DNA of 64,000 nucleotides from Parvimonas sp. Lineage in GTDB: Bacteria > Bacillota > Clostridia > Tissierellales > Peptoniphilaceae. Shown in pieces: positions 17,449 through 27,513 of the stretch (within the stretch, counting starts at the first letter, position 1; each line of letters begins with the position of its first letter). The position numbers and the translations under genes were made by a program. The DNA lies in NCBI RefSeq assembly GCF_022770425.1, contig NZ_JALEHY010000013.1. One strand, 5' to 3'. The notes under the pieces are model-generated. The model was given only the letters and a program-made list of their open reading frames with translations, was not told where the DNA came from and did no database searches.

Positions 17449-17540
17449 ACAGAATATTTTAAGTAAATAATTTAATATTTGAAACTTTATACAGTATTCA
17501 TTGGAAATTTCATTTTAATCCCGGAATAGGAGGAAATATT

Positions 17541-18386
17541 ATGAACAGGAAAATAAAATCAAAAGTAATAGGATTTAGAACAGTAGATGGAGCGGGGGTT
17601 AACCTTGTAAGAGTTTTGGGACGTGATAATGTTACAGAATTTGATCCGATATTGATGTTGGATTCTTTTGATAGTACAAATCCAAGTGATTATGTTGCAG
17701 GTTTTCCTATGCATCCTCATAGAGGAATCGAAACTATAAGCTATTTGTATAAGGGAAAAATGGTTCATAGTGATACGCTTGGAAATGAAGATAGTATTAG
17801 TGATGGAGAAGTTCAGTGGATGAATTCCGGTTCGGGAATTGAACATGAAGAAAAAATACCTGCATCTGAAAGATTACTTGGGGTACAACTTTGGCTAAAT
17901 TTACCTGCTAAAGATAAAATGAGTAAACCAAGTTATAATCATATTAAGAGAGCGGATATTAGAGAGATTGAATTTGAAGGTGGAATGCTCAGATTGTTAG
18001 CGGGAAAATATAAAGATCATATGGGTTATCAAGGTGAGTATCTTCCTTTAGATTATTATGATGTTCATTTGAATGGTAATTCAAATATAGTAATTGATAC
18101 ACCGTATAATGACTCTGTAATGATTTTTACACTTTTAGGAGATGTTTGTGTTGGCGGAGAAATTATAAAAGAAAAAACAGCAGTAAAATTAACTGAGGGT
18201 AATAGTTTGGAAATAAAAAGCACTGATAAACCTGCACAAGTTCTTTTTATAAAATCTATTAGGCTAAACGAACCGATTGCGTGGGCAGGTTCTATTGTTA
18301 TGAATTCAAATGAAGAGTTAAAAGAAGCCTCTTATGATTTAAAAAACGGAACTTTTATAAAAGAAAAAATAGAATTTAAATCTTAA
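17541..18386 (+). CDS. pirin-family protein
   Basis: Cupin metal motif HPHRGIETISY...E; 281 aa. Confidence 0.85.
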   Translation: MNRKIKSKVIGFRTVDGAGVNLVRVLGRDNVTEFDPILMLDSFDSTNPSDYVAGFPMHPHRGIETISYLYKGKMVHSDTLGNEDSISDGEVQWMNSGSGIEHEEKIPASERLLGVQLWLNLPAKDKMSKPSYNHIKRADIREIEFEGGMLRLLAGKYKDHMGYQGEYLPLDYYDVHLNGNSNIVIDTPYNDSVMIFTLLGDVCVGGEIIKEKTAVKLTEGNSLEIKSTDKPAQVLFIKSIRLNEPIAWAGSIVMNSNEELKEASYDLKNGTFIKEKIEFKS

Positions 18387-18411
18387 ATTAAAATAACAAA
18401 TTTTAAATTTA

Positions 18412-18448
18412 AACTGTACTTTTATTTATTGATTGTACAGTTTTTTTA
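18412..18448 (+). terminator. rho-independent terminator
   Basis: AACTGTAC/GTACAGTT stem followed by a T-run. Confidence 0.6.
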
Positions 18449-18707
18449 TTGCAAAAGTTTAAAATAATTTTCTAAAGTAAAATGATAATTTAGTTAATAA
18501 ATAAATCGATAAATTTTTTAATTTATGAAAATAAACATATTTAAAAGGTTTCAAAGGTATAATTATGCATTAATTTCACGCTTTAAAACAAGAGTTTAAA
18601 AATCAAATATTCAAATAATATATTTTAAATTGCATATTTTATAGCGTTTATATTTGAAAAGTTAATAAAAACAAAATAAATAATATTTAAAAAAAATAAT
18701 AATTATG

Positions 18708-18736
18708 TTGATTTTTTAAAAATATTAGTGTAAAAT
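18708..18736 (+). promoter_or_regulatory. candidate promoter TTGATT-17-TAAAAT for the protease gene
   Basis: Motifs and spacing read directly from the sequence. Confidence 0.4.
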
Positions 18737-18761
18737 ATATTCATATTTTTAGGAGGTATTT

Positions 18762-21700
18762 ATGAAAAAGAAAATTTATTCATTTATTTTGGCAATCATA
18801 TTTGTTCTGAATATTTTACCGACAAATATCGTTGCACATGATTTACCGTTGGATTTTGTGAAATCTTATGGAGAAGATGAAGAAACGGTGCGTATAATTG
18901 TACAAGTTTCAAAGAAATATGATATAAATACTGTTAAGAAAAAAGTTTTACAGTATAAAAACACTACATTAAAAAAGGAATTTGATTTGTTAATTTCAGG
19001 TTTTTCTGTAGAAATTCCAAGTTCATATGTAGGGTTAATTAAAAAAATACCCGGTGTAGAAACTGTTACTAAAACTACGCTTTATTATCCTACTATGGCT
19101 TCAAGTAAACTGCTTACACAATCAATTCAAGCGAGCAAAAATTTTTCAAATAATGGAGAAGGAATGGTTGTTTCTATTATTGACTCAGGAATTGATGTAA
19201 AGCATAAGGATTTACAAACTTTAACTAATCCGGAAAAGGCAAAAATTAAAACTCCGTTTCCTTTGGGAGAAAATAATAAAGATACAGAATTTACTTTAAA
19301 AGTTCCTTACGGATATAATTTTGCGGATGATAGTTATCTTGTAAAAGGTTTAGAGTCCAATCACGGGATACATGTTGCGGGAATTGTTGGAGCTAATGGT
19401 AGTGATGAAGAAGTAGAAAATAAATTAGCAATTGATGGTGTTGCAAGCGAGGTTCAACTTTTAGCAATGAAAGTTTTTAGTAATGACCCTAATAAAAAAG
19501 GAGCATCTGATGATGATATAATTGCTGCGATAGAATCTTCTGTAGAACATCATGCCGATATAATAAATATGTCTTTAGGTTCTGCGAGTGGATTTATGGA
19601 CGATACAAATCCGGTTCAAAGAGCAATAAATGCCGCACAGGAAAAAGGGGTTTTAGTTGTGGTTGCTGCAGGTAATGATACTGCTAATTTTGCTAAAAAT
19701 ACAAATACTGCAAAAACACAAAATTTGTATGGAAGAGATGATTTTGGGTTGGTTAGTTCTCCTTCCACCGCAAAAGGTGCATTATCAGTTGCATCATACG
19801 AAAATACTCATAAATTTGTTAATTTTCTTTCCTTTAATGCTGAAGGGAATTTAAAGCAATTTGAATATAAAATTGCACAGGGCAGTTATGCTAAAGAAGT
19901 TGCTAATATGATTTATGTAAATAAAGGTAAGCCTGAAGATTATACCTCAGTAGGTAGTTTGAATGGAAAGTTTGCATTAATTGAAAGAGGAGATATTACT
20001 TTTGTTCAAAAAGTTATAAATGCAAAGAATAATGGTGCAGGTGGGGTTTTAATTTTTAATAATGAAGATTCGGAAATGAATGGGATGGTTCTTACAGGAG
20101 CTCCAAAAGATATGTTTGTTACAAGTGCAAATAGAAATGTCGGACTTGAAATAAAGCAAGCATTAGAAAAAAATTCAAATTTAGAAGTTAAATTTAATAA
20201 AACTCTAACTCAAGTTGAAAGTTCTATAGCAAATGACTTTAGTTCATTTACTTCATGGGGAACGACAAGTAATTTGGATTTTAAACCTGAATTATCCGGA
20301 ATCGGAGGGAATGTTTATTCATTAGATAATGACAATGGGTATGTCATGGAAAATGGAACTTCTATGGCAACTCCGCATGTTGCAGGAGCGAGTGCAATAG
20401 TATATTCTCAATTAAGAAAAGATTTACCCGGTATTGACAACTATGCAGTTTTTGTTAAGAAAACTTTGCTTAATACTGCAAAAATTATGACAGATAATAA
20501 TTATGAAGAAAAATTACCTTTTTCTCCAAGACGACAAGGTGCAGGACTTGTGCAAACAGAAGATGCAATTAAAAACCGAGTATTAGCATCTTATGAGAAT
20601 GAAAACGGAGATGCGGTTGGTGCATTAAGATCTTTTTCGGGAGCTAAAACTTTTAATGTGAGTTTAAAAAACTATGGAAATGATACAGTTACATTTGATG
20701 TACAGGCAGGAAAAGTAATTACTACTGCAACGGTTAATGATTTTGTTAAAGAAGTTGAAAGCTCTGCAAATATAAAATCAAATGTTACAAAAGTTACTCT
20801 TTTGCCTAATCAAATTAAAAATGTTGAATTTACATTAGACGCATCAACTGTTACAAATGATTTTGTAGAAGGATTTATAGAATTTAAATCAAAAAACGAG
20901 AAGCAACCTTCGATTCATTTTTCATATATGGGTTATGTTGGAGATTGGAATTTTGAAAATGCTTTTGATAAATTGGATGTCGAAGAAAATAAAGGGCAAA
21001 CTTTGTATTCTGATACAAGGCTTGTAACAATATTAAAAGATCCTCTTAATCCATTTGATCAAGGTGTTATTGTTCCTTTGGGAGTTGAAGTTTCTCCTAA
21101 AATGGAAGAAGTTACTCCTTCACAAAATAATTTTGCAATTTCTCCAAATGGAGATGGTTTTGCAGACGTAGCAATTCCACAAATCGGTATTCTCAGAAAT
21201 TTAGAAAATGTTGTGTTTAATGTATTGAATTCTGAAAAGAAAGTTGTAAGAAAAATCGGTGGAGTAGATTTTGTTCGTGAACAGTCTCTTTCAAATTATC
21301 AAGACAGAGTTTCAAAAAATATGCAGTTTGTAACTTATCCTTATATTGAAGGTCTTTGGGATGGGTTATTATATGATAGTAAATTGGGAGGACTTGATGT
21401 CGCAAAGGATGGACAATACTATATTCAGGCTTTAGGTAGATTAAATAAAGATTTACCATATCAAGAATTGCTTTTCCCTGTAAAAGTTGATACTGTAAAA
21501 CCAAAAATAGAAATAATAAAAACGACTGATAATTTAAATTATACATTGACAGATAAGGGAAAAGAAGTTACATTTAAAGTCAGTGATGAAACAGGAATAA
21601 CATCAGTTTATGGTAAAGTTGGGAAAACACGATATGAAGCGATAAAACAAGAAAACGGAACTTATAAAATAGTAATACCATATAATATTGAAGTTTCAGA

Positions 21701-24083
21701 AAGATTGGATATATTTGCTAATGATTATGCATTTAATGAAGTCAGATATTCTGTTGATAATATTGTTGGAAATGATATCAGCATAACTAATTGGAAAAAT
21801 GTAATAGATAAGAAAATTGGTATAATGGGAAATTCGGTAATTGGAAAAACAAAAAATGAAAATACTAAGTATATTTCGTTTAAGTTTGTTGATAAGAAAT
21901 CAAAAGAAGAAACTAAAACAAAAGACTTTGTTGTTAGATTTAATAATTTTGGTGTAGATACAAATTTTACTTTGTCAAAAGAAGCTAAGTATGATGCATA
22001 TGTAATAGAAAAAAATGACCAAAAAGAAATAATCAAAGAAACATCGTTAGGACTTTTGATATATGATTATACCGCTCCGACTGTTACATTTAATTATTCC
22101 GATAAAATAACAGATAAAGCATTACAAAAAAATCCGTTAGAGAGTAAAGCGAAGAATTATGTTGAATATACTATGAAATTAAATTCTGACGGGACAGCAA
22201 CATACACAGGAAAAGTGTCGGATAATGTTTTTGAACCAAATGAGTTAACACTTACGATAGGAAGTAGAGAAAATAAAGTTTCCATTCAAAAAGACGGAAC
22301 TTTTACTTACAAATTAAAGACACCGTCAATAGAACATTTTGATTTTATAAATGTGTCCCAACCAAATTCAACAAATAATTCTGATGTAAGCACAACAATA
22401 GAAGGGCTTGATTTAGCAACAAGTCCTGTTGTAAAAACAAGAGGAAAAGAACGTACATACGTTGTAACTAAATATATTCCTTCTACTGAAGAAGTCAAAT
22501 CAGTTGAAGCTCCTTTTAAATTAACCATAGCAAGTAAGTATATACTTGGACTTTCAAACATTAACTCTACAGTAGGAGATACTGTTGTTGAAAGAGCAGG
22601 AAAATATTATTTTAAAATTGATGGTTTTACAAATAAAAGTGACAATGTGGTTTTTGTTGACGGACAATTGGCATCTGTAAACAAAACTGTTGATAATGGA
22701 ACACATTTCGTAAAAGAAATAGAAATTGTTGAAGGAATAAATGATGTAAATATTAGAATTGAATCTAAAGATTCTACTTTGTTAGCAGATACAAAAGTAA
22801 GAGTAATTTTTGATAAGCAGTTACCTAATTTTGTTTTAAAAACTCCTACTCAAGATAAATTTAAAACTGAAGAAACCACTAACGAAAAAGGCGAAAAGTC
22901 AGAAACGGTTTATATTGAAACTTGGGAAGATGTTTTAGAATTTACAGGTAAAATTTCTGATAACGGATTTGGTTATAATTTAACTATAAATAATGATTAT
23001 GTTGTTGGAAATAAAAATTCTTCGGTTTTTGGAGATTCTAAATACGGAAATAACAAAAAAGAGTTTAAAAAACAAGTTAGAGTAAATGACGGAGATACTG
23101 TTCTTATTAATCTTGAAGATAATTTTGGAAACAAAAAAGAACTTAAATATGTAATTAGAAAAATTGAAAAACCATTTAAAGAAAATGTTGTTTTAGTAGA
23201 CAGTATCGAAAAAAATGTTGGGGACACTTTAGATGTTTCGGAATTAATAAAAGAAAATCCTGATAATTATGATTTACAATTTGTTGAACAACCTGATTTA
23301 TCAAAGGCAGGAAATACTATTGTAAAGTTGAGAATAATTTATGATTCTGATAATATTGTTGAAAAAGAAATTCCTCTTACAATAATAGAAACAATTGAAG
23401 AAGTTACAGAAGACAATAAAAAATCTGATGAGGTTTTGGAAAATAATGAAGATACTTCTTTATCTAAAAATTTAGAAAATGAAATAATTTCATTAACTGA
23501 CTTTGCTACTAAATCAAGTATTAAAGGTAAAAAAACAATTTTAGATGGAGGAAAATTCATTGTAACAAGAGAAGACGGAGAAAATGATAAACTTCCTAAC
23601 AGTGATACTACAACTTACAAGTTTGTTTTGAGAAAAGGTGAAGAAAGTATAACAAAATTTGACGAAAAAGTTACTGTTAGCTTTCCTTTAGATAAATATA
23701 ATTTAAAAAATATTTACATTGTTAAAGATGGAAATTTAGAAAAGGTAGAATATAAAGTTGAAAAAAATGACCTTTATAGTTATGTAAGTGTTGATTTGTC
23801 AGAACTTTATGATGTAGTTGTTGAATATGAGATAAAAGAGTTGCCTGATGTTATTAAAGAAGACGACGTTAAGCTGGAAATTGATGAAACTTTAAAAACA
23901 GAAGAAGTAAATAGTTCCAACAAAGACGATATAAAAACGGAAACAAAAGATATAAAAACAGATAAACCTGTGACTAAGGAAAATAAACAAGGATTAGTTA
24001 AAACTAATGTTTCCGGTATGTCTTATTTGTTATTGTCGCTATTCGCTTTTGGTGCTATAATATCATCTAAAAAGAAAAAATAA
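18762..24083 (+). CDS. cell-envelope subtilisin-like (S8) serine protease, 1773 aa, C5a-peptidase/lactocepin-like
   Basis: Signal peptide. Asp/His/Ser triad motifs VSIIDSGID, NHGIHVAGIV, NGTSMATPHVAG. PA-domain insert (GKFALIERGDITFVQKVINAKNNGAGGVLIFNN). Long beta-rich C-terminal region, a hydrophobic segment and a KKKK tail. Confidence 0.9.
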   Translation: MKKKIYSFILAIIFVLNILPTNIVAHDLPLDFVKSYGEDEETVRIIVQVSKKYDINTVKKKVLQYKNTTLKKEFDLLISGFSVEIPSSYVGLIKKIPGVETVTKTTLYYPTMASSKLLTQSIQASKNFSNNGEGMVVSIIDSGIDVKHKDLQTLTNPEKAKIKTPFPLGENNKDTEFTLKVPYGYNFADDSYLVKGLESNHGIHVAGIVGANGSDEEVENKLAIDGVASEVQLLAMKVFSNDPNKKGASDDDIIAAIESSVEHHADIINMSLGSASGFMDDTNPVQRAINAAQEKGVLVVVAAGNDTANFAKNTNTAKTQNLYGRDDFGLVSSPSTAKGALSVASYENTHKFVNFLSFNAEGNLKQFEYKIAQGSYAKEVANMIYVNKGKPEDYTSVGSLNGKFALIERGDITFVQKVINAKNNGAGGVLIFNNEDSEMNGMVLTGAPKDMFVTSANRNVGLEIKQALEKNSNLEVKFNKTLTQVESSIANDFSSFTSWGTTSNLDFKPELSGIGGNVYSLDNDNGYVMENGTSMATPHVAGASAIVYSQLRKDLPGIDNYAVFVKKTLLNTAKIMTDNNYEEKLPFSPRRQGAGLVQTEDAIKNRVLASYENENGDAVGALRSFSGAKTFNVSLKNYGNDTVTFDVQAGKVITTATVNDFVKEVESSANIKSNVTKVTLLPNQIKNVEFTLDASTVTNDFVEGFIEFKSKNEKQPSIHFSYMGYVGDWNFENAFDKLDVEENKGQTLYSDTRLVTILKDPLNPFDQGVIVPLGVEVSPKMEEVTPSQNNFAISPNGDGFADVAIPQIGILRNLENVVFNVLNSEKKVVRKIGGVDFVREQSLSNYQDRVSKNMQFVTYPYIEGLWDGLLYDSKLGGLDVAKDGQYYIQALGRLNKDLPYQELLFPVKVDTVKPKIEIIKTTDNLNYTLTDKGKEVTFKVSDETGITSVYGKVGKTRYEAIKQENGTYKIVIPYNIEVSERLDIFANDYAFNEVRYSVDNIVGNDISITNWKNVIDKKIGIMGNSVIGKTKNENTKYISFKFVDKKSKEETKTKDFVVRFNNFGVDTNFTLSKEAKYDAYVIEKNDQKEIIKETSLGLLIYDYTAPTVTFNYSDKITDKALQKNPLESKAKNYVEYTMKLNSDGTATYTGKVSDNVFEPNELTLTIGSRENKVSIQKDGTFTYKLKTPSIEHFDFINVSQPNSTNNSDVSTTIEGLDLATSPVVKTRGKERTYVVTKYIPSTEEVKSVEAPFKLTIASKYILGLSNINSTVGDTVVERAGKYYFKIDGFTNKSDNVVFVDGQLASVNKTVDNGTHFVKEIEIVEGINDVNIRIESKDSTLLADTKVRVIFDKQLPNFVLKTPTQDKFKTEETTNEKGEKSETVYIETWEDVLEFTGKISDNGFGYNLTINNDYVVGNKNSSVFGDSKYGNNKKEFKKQVRVNDGDTVLINLEDNFGNKKELKYVIRKIEKPFKENVVLVDSIEKNVGDTLDVSELIKENPDNYDLQFVEQPDLSKAGNTIVKLRIIYDSDNIVEKEIPLTIIETIEEVTEDNKKSDEVLENNEDTSLSKNLENEIISLTDFATKSSIKGKKTILDGGKFIVTREDGENDKLPNSDTTTYKFVLRKGEESITKFDEKVTVSFPLDKYNLKNIYIVKDGNLEKVEYKVEKNDLYSYVSVDLSELYDVVVEYEIKELPDVIKEDDVKLEIDETLKTEEVNSSNKDDIKTETKDIKTDKPVTKENKQGLVKTNVSGMSYLLLSLFAFGAIISSKKKK

Positions 24084-24105
24084 TTAAAGGTTGTATTGAT
24101 TTAAA

Positions 24106-24147
24106 AACGGGATAATTTATTTTTGTAGAATTATTCCGTTTTTTATT
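24106..24147 (+). terminator. rho-independent terminator
   Basis: AACGGGATAATT/AATTATTCCGTT stem followed by a T-run. Confidence 0.7.
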
Positions 24148-24253
24148 TTTAAAATTCATAAATTAAATGTTGTCAATAAAAAAACTGTTAAAATTTATGT
24201 TAATAATTATTTTTATTGGGTATATTCAAATTATTAAATTTTAGGAGACAGTT

Positions 24254-24643
24254 ATGGACTTTGAATATGCTAAAGTTATTAAAAGTGATTTATCGGATAT
24301 TGATTCAGCAGTAAGTTTGTTGTTAAATGAATTGTCGAATGTTGTAAGAGATGAAGAGATGATGTTTGATATAAGATTGGTCATAAACGAAATAATTATA
24401 AATAGCTATGAACATGGGAATAAATGCAATAAAGAAAAAGGAATAGATATAAAAGTTTGTGTTAATATGGATTGTATACATATAAAGGTTAAAGACGAAG
24501 GTGACGGAATAAATTATGTTTTTAATGAAGACGGTAAAATTAATTTGACTACCTCAGGTCGTGGACTTAGAATTGTAAAAAATTTGGTTGATAAATTAGA
24601 AATTAATTCTAATGAAATAAGTGCAGTTATAATAAAAAAATAA
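24254..24643 (+). CDS. SpoIIAB/RsbW-like HATPase_c protein (anti-sigma-factor-type Ser kinase fold)
   Basis: N-box NEIIINSYEHGN, G1 box VKDEGDGI, G2 box GRGLRIV; 129 aa. Confidence 0.7.
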   Translation: MDFEYAKVIKSDLSDIDSAVSLLLNELSNVVRDEEMMFDIRLVINEIIINSYEHGNKCNKEKGIDIKVCVNMDCIHIKVKDEGDGINYVFNEDGKINLTTSGRGLRIVKNLVDKLEINSNEISAVIIKK

Positions 24644-24791
24644 TTTTTTTTAGTTTTAAAAGCAAGGATTTAGGAAAAGCCTTGTTTATTTTTTAGATTT
24701 TTTATGATAATTTGTATTGTATTTTTTTGTAGATATGATATAATGTAGTTGTACAGGCGATTTGTACAAAAAATATGAGGAGGTATTGGTT

Positions 24792-25751
24792 ATGAGAATG
24801 TTACCAAAAACTAATAGTTTATTAATTGTTTTGATAGTTGTTTTGGTATTCGGATTTTTCTATTTCGTACCGGTAGGTCTTTGGATTACTGCCTTGTTCA
24901 GTGGAGTAAAGGTAAAAATTTCGAATCTTATCGGGATGAAACTTAGAAGAGTACGAGCTTCAAAGATAATTTATCCTTTGATTAAAGCTACTAAGGCAAA
25001 TGTTGACATTAATATTTCTGAATTAGAAGCACATTATTTAGCAGGTGGGAATGTAAACAACGTAGTTGATGCTTTAATTGCGGCACAAAAGGCAAATATT
25101 GAATTGACTTTCGAAATGGCTACAGCTATCGACCTTGCAGGACGTGATGTGTTGGAGGCGGTACAAGTAAGTGTAAATCCAAAAGTAATTAACACACCTA
25201 AAATAGCAGCTGTTGCTATGAATGGAATTGAAGTAATAGTTATGGCAAAAGTAACTGTTAGAGCTGATATTTCAAGACTTATAGGTGGTGCAGGAGAAGA
25301 AACTATAATCGCAAGAGTTGGCGAAGGTATAGTAACTACTGTCGGTAGTGCCGAAAGACATAGTCTTGTACTTGAAAATCCTGATGCAATTTCTGAAACT
25401 GTTTTGAAAAAAGGGTTGGATTTAGGAACTGCATTTGAAATTTTATCGATAGATATTGCTGATGTTGATATCGGTAGAAACATAGGGGCTCAATTGCAAG
25501 CCGATCAAGCTGAGGCTGACAAAAAAATTGCTCAAGCTAAGGCTGAGGAAAGACGTGCAATGGCTGTTGCCGTTGAACAAGAAAATAAGGCTAAGATTGA
25601 AGAAATGAAAGCTAAGGTTGTTGAATCTGAAAGTAAGATTCCTCTTGCTATTGCGAAAGCATTTGAAGATGGAAATATTACTGTGTATGATTACGAAAAA
25701 ATTAAAAATTTACAATCTGATACAAAGATGAGAGAATCTCTATCAGAATAG
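24792..25751 (+). CDS. floA: flotillin-like protein FloA (UPF0365/YqfA family)
   Basis: Strong resemblance to B. subtilis FloA, e.g. [11 protein letters not shown]..., [84 protein letters not shown] 8 nt before ATG 24792. Confidence 0.92.
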   Translation: MRMLPKTNSLLIVLIVVLVFGFFYFVPVGLWITALFSGVKVKISNLIGMKLRRVRASKIIYPLIKATKANVDINISELEAHYLAGGNVNNVVDALIAAQKANIELTFEMATAIDLAGRDVLEAVQVSVNPKVINTPKIAAVAMNGIEVIVMAKVTVRADISRLIGGAGEETIIARVGEGIVTTVGSAERHSLVLENPDAISETVLKKGLDLGTAFEILSIDIADVDIGRNIGAQLQADQAEADKKIAQAKAEERRAMAVAVEQENKAKIEEMKAKVVESESKIPLAIAKAFEDGNITVYDYEKIKNLQSDTKMRESLSE

Positions 25752-25761
25752 AGGTGATTTT

Positions 25762-26208
25762 ATGAAAAAATCAAATGATTTTTCATCATATTTTGAAAAA
25801 ATCAAATCAGATTTAAATAATTTAATGAATGAAATTTCTGAATTTGAAAATAATACCGGTAAAGATAAATCTTTGAAAAAATCAAAGAAAAACAGTAAGA
25901 CTGTTAAAAATAAATCTTACGGATTTGAAAGTGCTGAAGGGAAATCTAAAATGACATCCTCTATGGAGGGGGTTGGTTATGAAGGTGTGTCAATGGAAGG
26001 AAAATCTATGATGACTTCTTCTATGGAAGGTAAAAGTATGATGAATAATTCCTTTGACGATAAAGATAAAATTTTTGAAGAGTCAAGTATGTATTTAAAT
26101 AAAAAAATACAACGAAAAAATAAAAGACTTAAATTGGAAGATAAAAGTAAATTATCTGATGCGATAATTTTATCGGAAATTATTGGAAAGCCTAAAGCAT
26201 TAAGATAA
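25762..26208 (+). CDS. hypothetical Lys/Ser/Met-rich protein with SMEGKSMM repeats
   Basis: ORF translationally coupled to floA. Repeats: GKSKMTSSMEG / VSMEGKSMMTSSMEGKSMMNNS. Confidence 0.6.
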   Translation: MKKSNDFSSYFEKIKSDLNNLMNEISEFENNTGKDKSLKKSKKNSKTVKNKSYGFESAEGKSKMTSSMEGVGYEGVSMEGKSMMTSSMEGKSMMNNSFDDKDKIFEESSMYLNKKIQRKNKRLKLEDKSKLSDAIILSEIIGKPKALR

Positions 26209-26212
26209 AAAT

Positions 26213-26258
26213 AAGGACGTTTGTTAGAATGTTTATTCTGCATAACGTCCTTTTAATT
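26213..26258. terminator. bidirectional terminator between convergent genes
   Basis: AAGGACGTT/AACGTCCTT outer stem with inner AGAAT/ATTCT, A/T runs on both sides. Confidence 0.65.
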
Positions 26259-26260
26259 TT

Positions 26261-27067
26261 TTAATTTTTGAATTTTATTACATACTTAGAAATAATACTT
26301 ATTTTATCTCCTGATTTTAGCTCTATGGATTCTTTTCCTTTATCGAAATACATTTTATTTCCATTTATTACAATATTAGATTCTTCAGGAATGTCAAATT
26401 CGTATTTGCCTTCTTTTAAATCTTCACCGACATCAAAATTTCCTGATGGAAGGTAACCGAGTTTATTGTAATCAATATTATCTTTAAATATAATTCCGTT
26501 CATATTTTCTAAAATTACAGTAGAAGTTTTATCTTTTGAAAATTTTATTCTATGATAAAATGGGAAGTCCTCCGCATCTACAGACTCATATTTGACATTT
26601 GACTTTGTATCATCATAGGATATATTACCTTTTCCATGTACTTGAATAATATAATTTCCTTCGTCTAACTTTAAATTTTGTAAAGTTGTTGACGGATTTA
26701 GAGAAAATTCTTCAACTTTTATTTCGTTAGAAGATTCTTTTTTAAAATTTATTATATATTCTTTTTGCATTTTCATTTCTTTTCTAAGTCTTATTATATC
26801 TGATTCAAAAGTCAATTCCACATTTGGATATTCTTTTTTATATTCAGTATAAGTTACTAATATTTTTTCGAATTTATCTTTTTCGTCATCAGACAATTCA
26901 GTGTAAGATTTTTTTAAAATAGCTGTTTCATTGGAATTTAAAGAAAATTGTGTTTTAGAATTTTTAATTTCATGATTCAATTTATCTACAGTTTTAGAAC
27001 CGCTTGTTCTACAAGAAACTAATAAAAAAGAACATATAATTATAATGTAAAAAAATTTATTTTTCAT
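26261..27067 (-). CDS. hypothetical lipoprotein
   Basis: Signal peptide with lipobox (FLLVSC). Confidence 0.7.
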   Translation of the reverse strand: MKNKFFYIIIICSFLLVSCRTSGSKTVDKLNHEIKNSKTQFSLNSNETAILKKSYTELSDDEKDKFEKILVTYTEYKKEYPNVELTFESDIIRLRKEMKMQKEYIINFKKESSNEIKVEEFSLNPSTTLQNLKLDEGNYIIQVHGKGNISYDDTKSNVKYESVDAEDFPFYHRIKFSKDKTSTVILENMNGIIFKDNIDYNKLGYLPSGNFDVGEDLKEGKYEFDIPEESNIVINGNKMYFDKGKESIELKSGDKISIISKYVIKFKN

Positions 27068-27245
27068 AAAAAGCTCCTCAAAACTTATATTTACATATTT
27101 TTTTCACATTTATTATAGCATATTTTATAATTCTTTACAAAAATATTTTTTAATGTGGTTGCTTTATTTTCACATTTGTGTTATTATAAATAATGTAATA
27201 TAAAAATATTACATATTTCCTATAAGTATTGGAGGATAAAAGGAT

Positions 27246-27446
27246 ATGAAGGGAACTGTAAAATGGTTCAATGCAACTAAAGGATTTGGATTTATTTCTA
27301 CTGAAAATGGAGAAGATGTATTTGTACATTATTCAGCATTAGAAGAAACAGGTGAATTTAGAACTTTAGATGAAGGACAAGCTGTTGAGTTTGAAATAGT
27401 TGACGGTGCAAAAGGTCCTCAAGCTTCTGGTGTTGTTAAATTATAG
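27246..27446 (+). CDS. csp: cold-shock protein (CspA family)
   Basis: RNP motifs KGFGFI and VFVHYS; 66 aa. Confidence 0.95.
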   Translation: MKGTVKWFNATKGFGFISTENGEDVFVHYSALEETGEFRTLDEGQAVEFEIVDGAKGPQASGVVKL

Positions 27447-27467
27447 ATTATAATTTTAATTGGAAGT

Positions 27468-27497
27468 AATCCCCTATATAATAATAGGGGATTTTTA
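27468..27497 (+). terminator. rho-independent terminator
   Basis: AATCCCCTAT/ATAGGGGATT stem followed by a T-run. Confidence 0.75.
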
Positions 27498-27513
27498 AGT
27501 TAAGGAGAAATTT

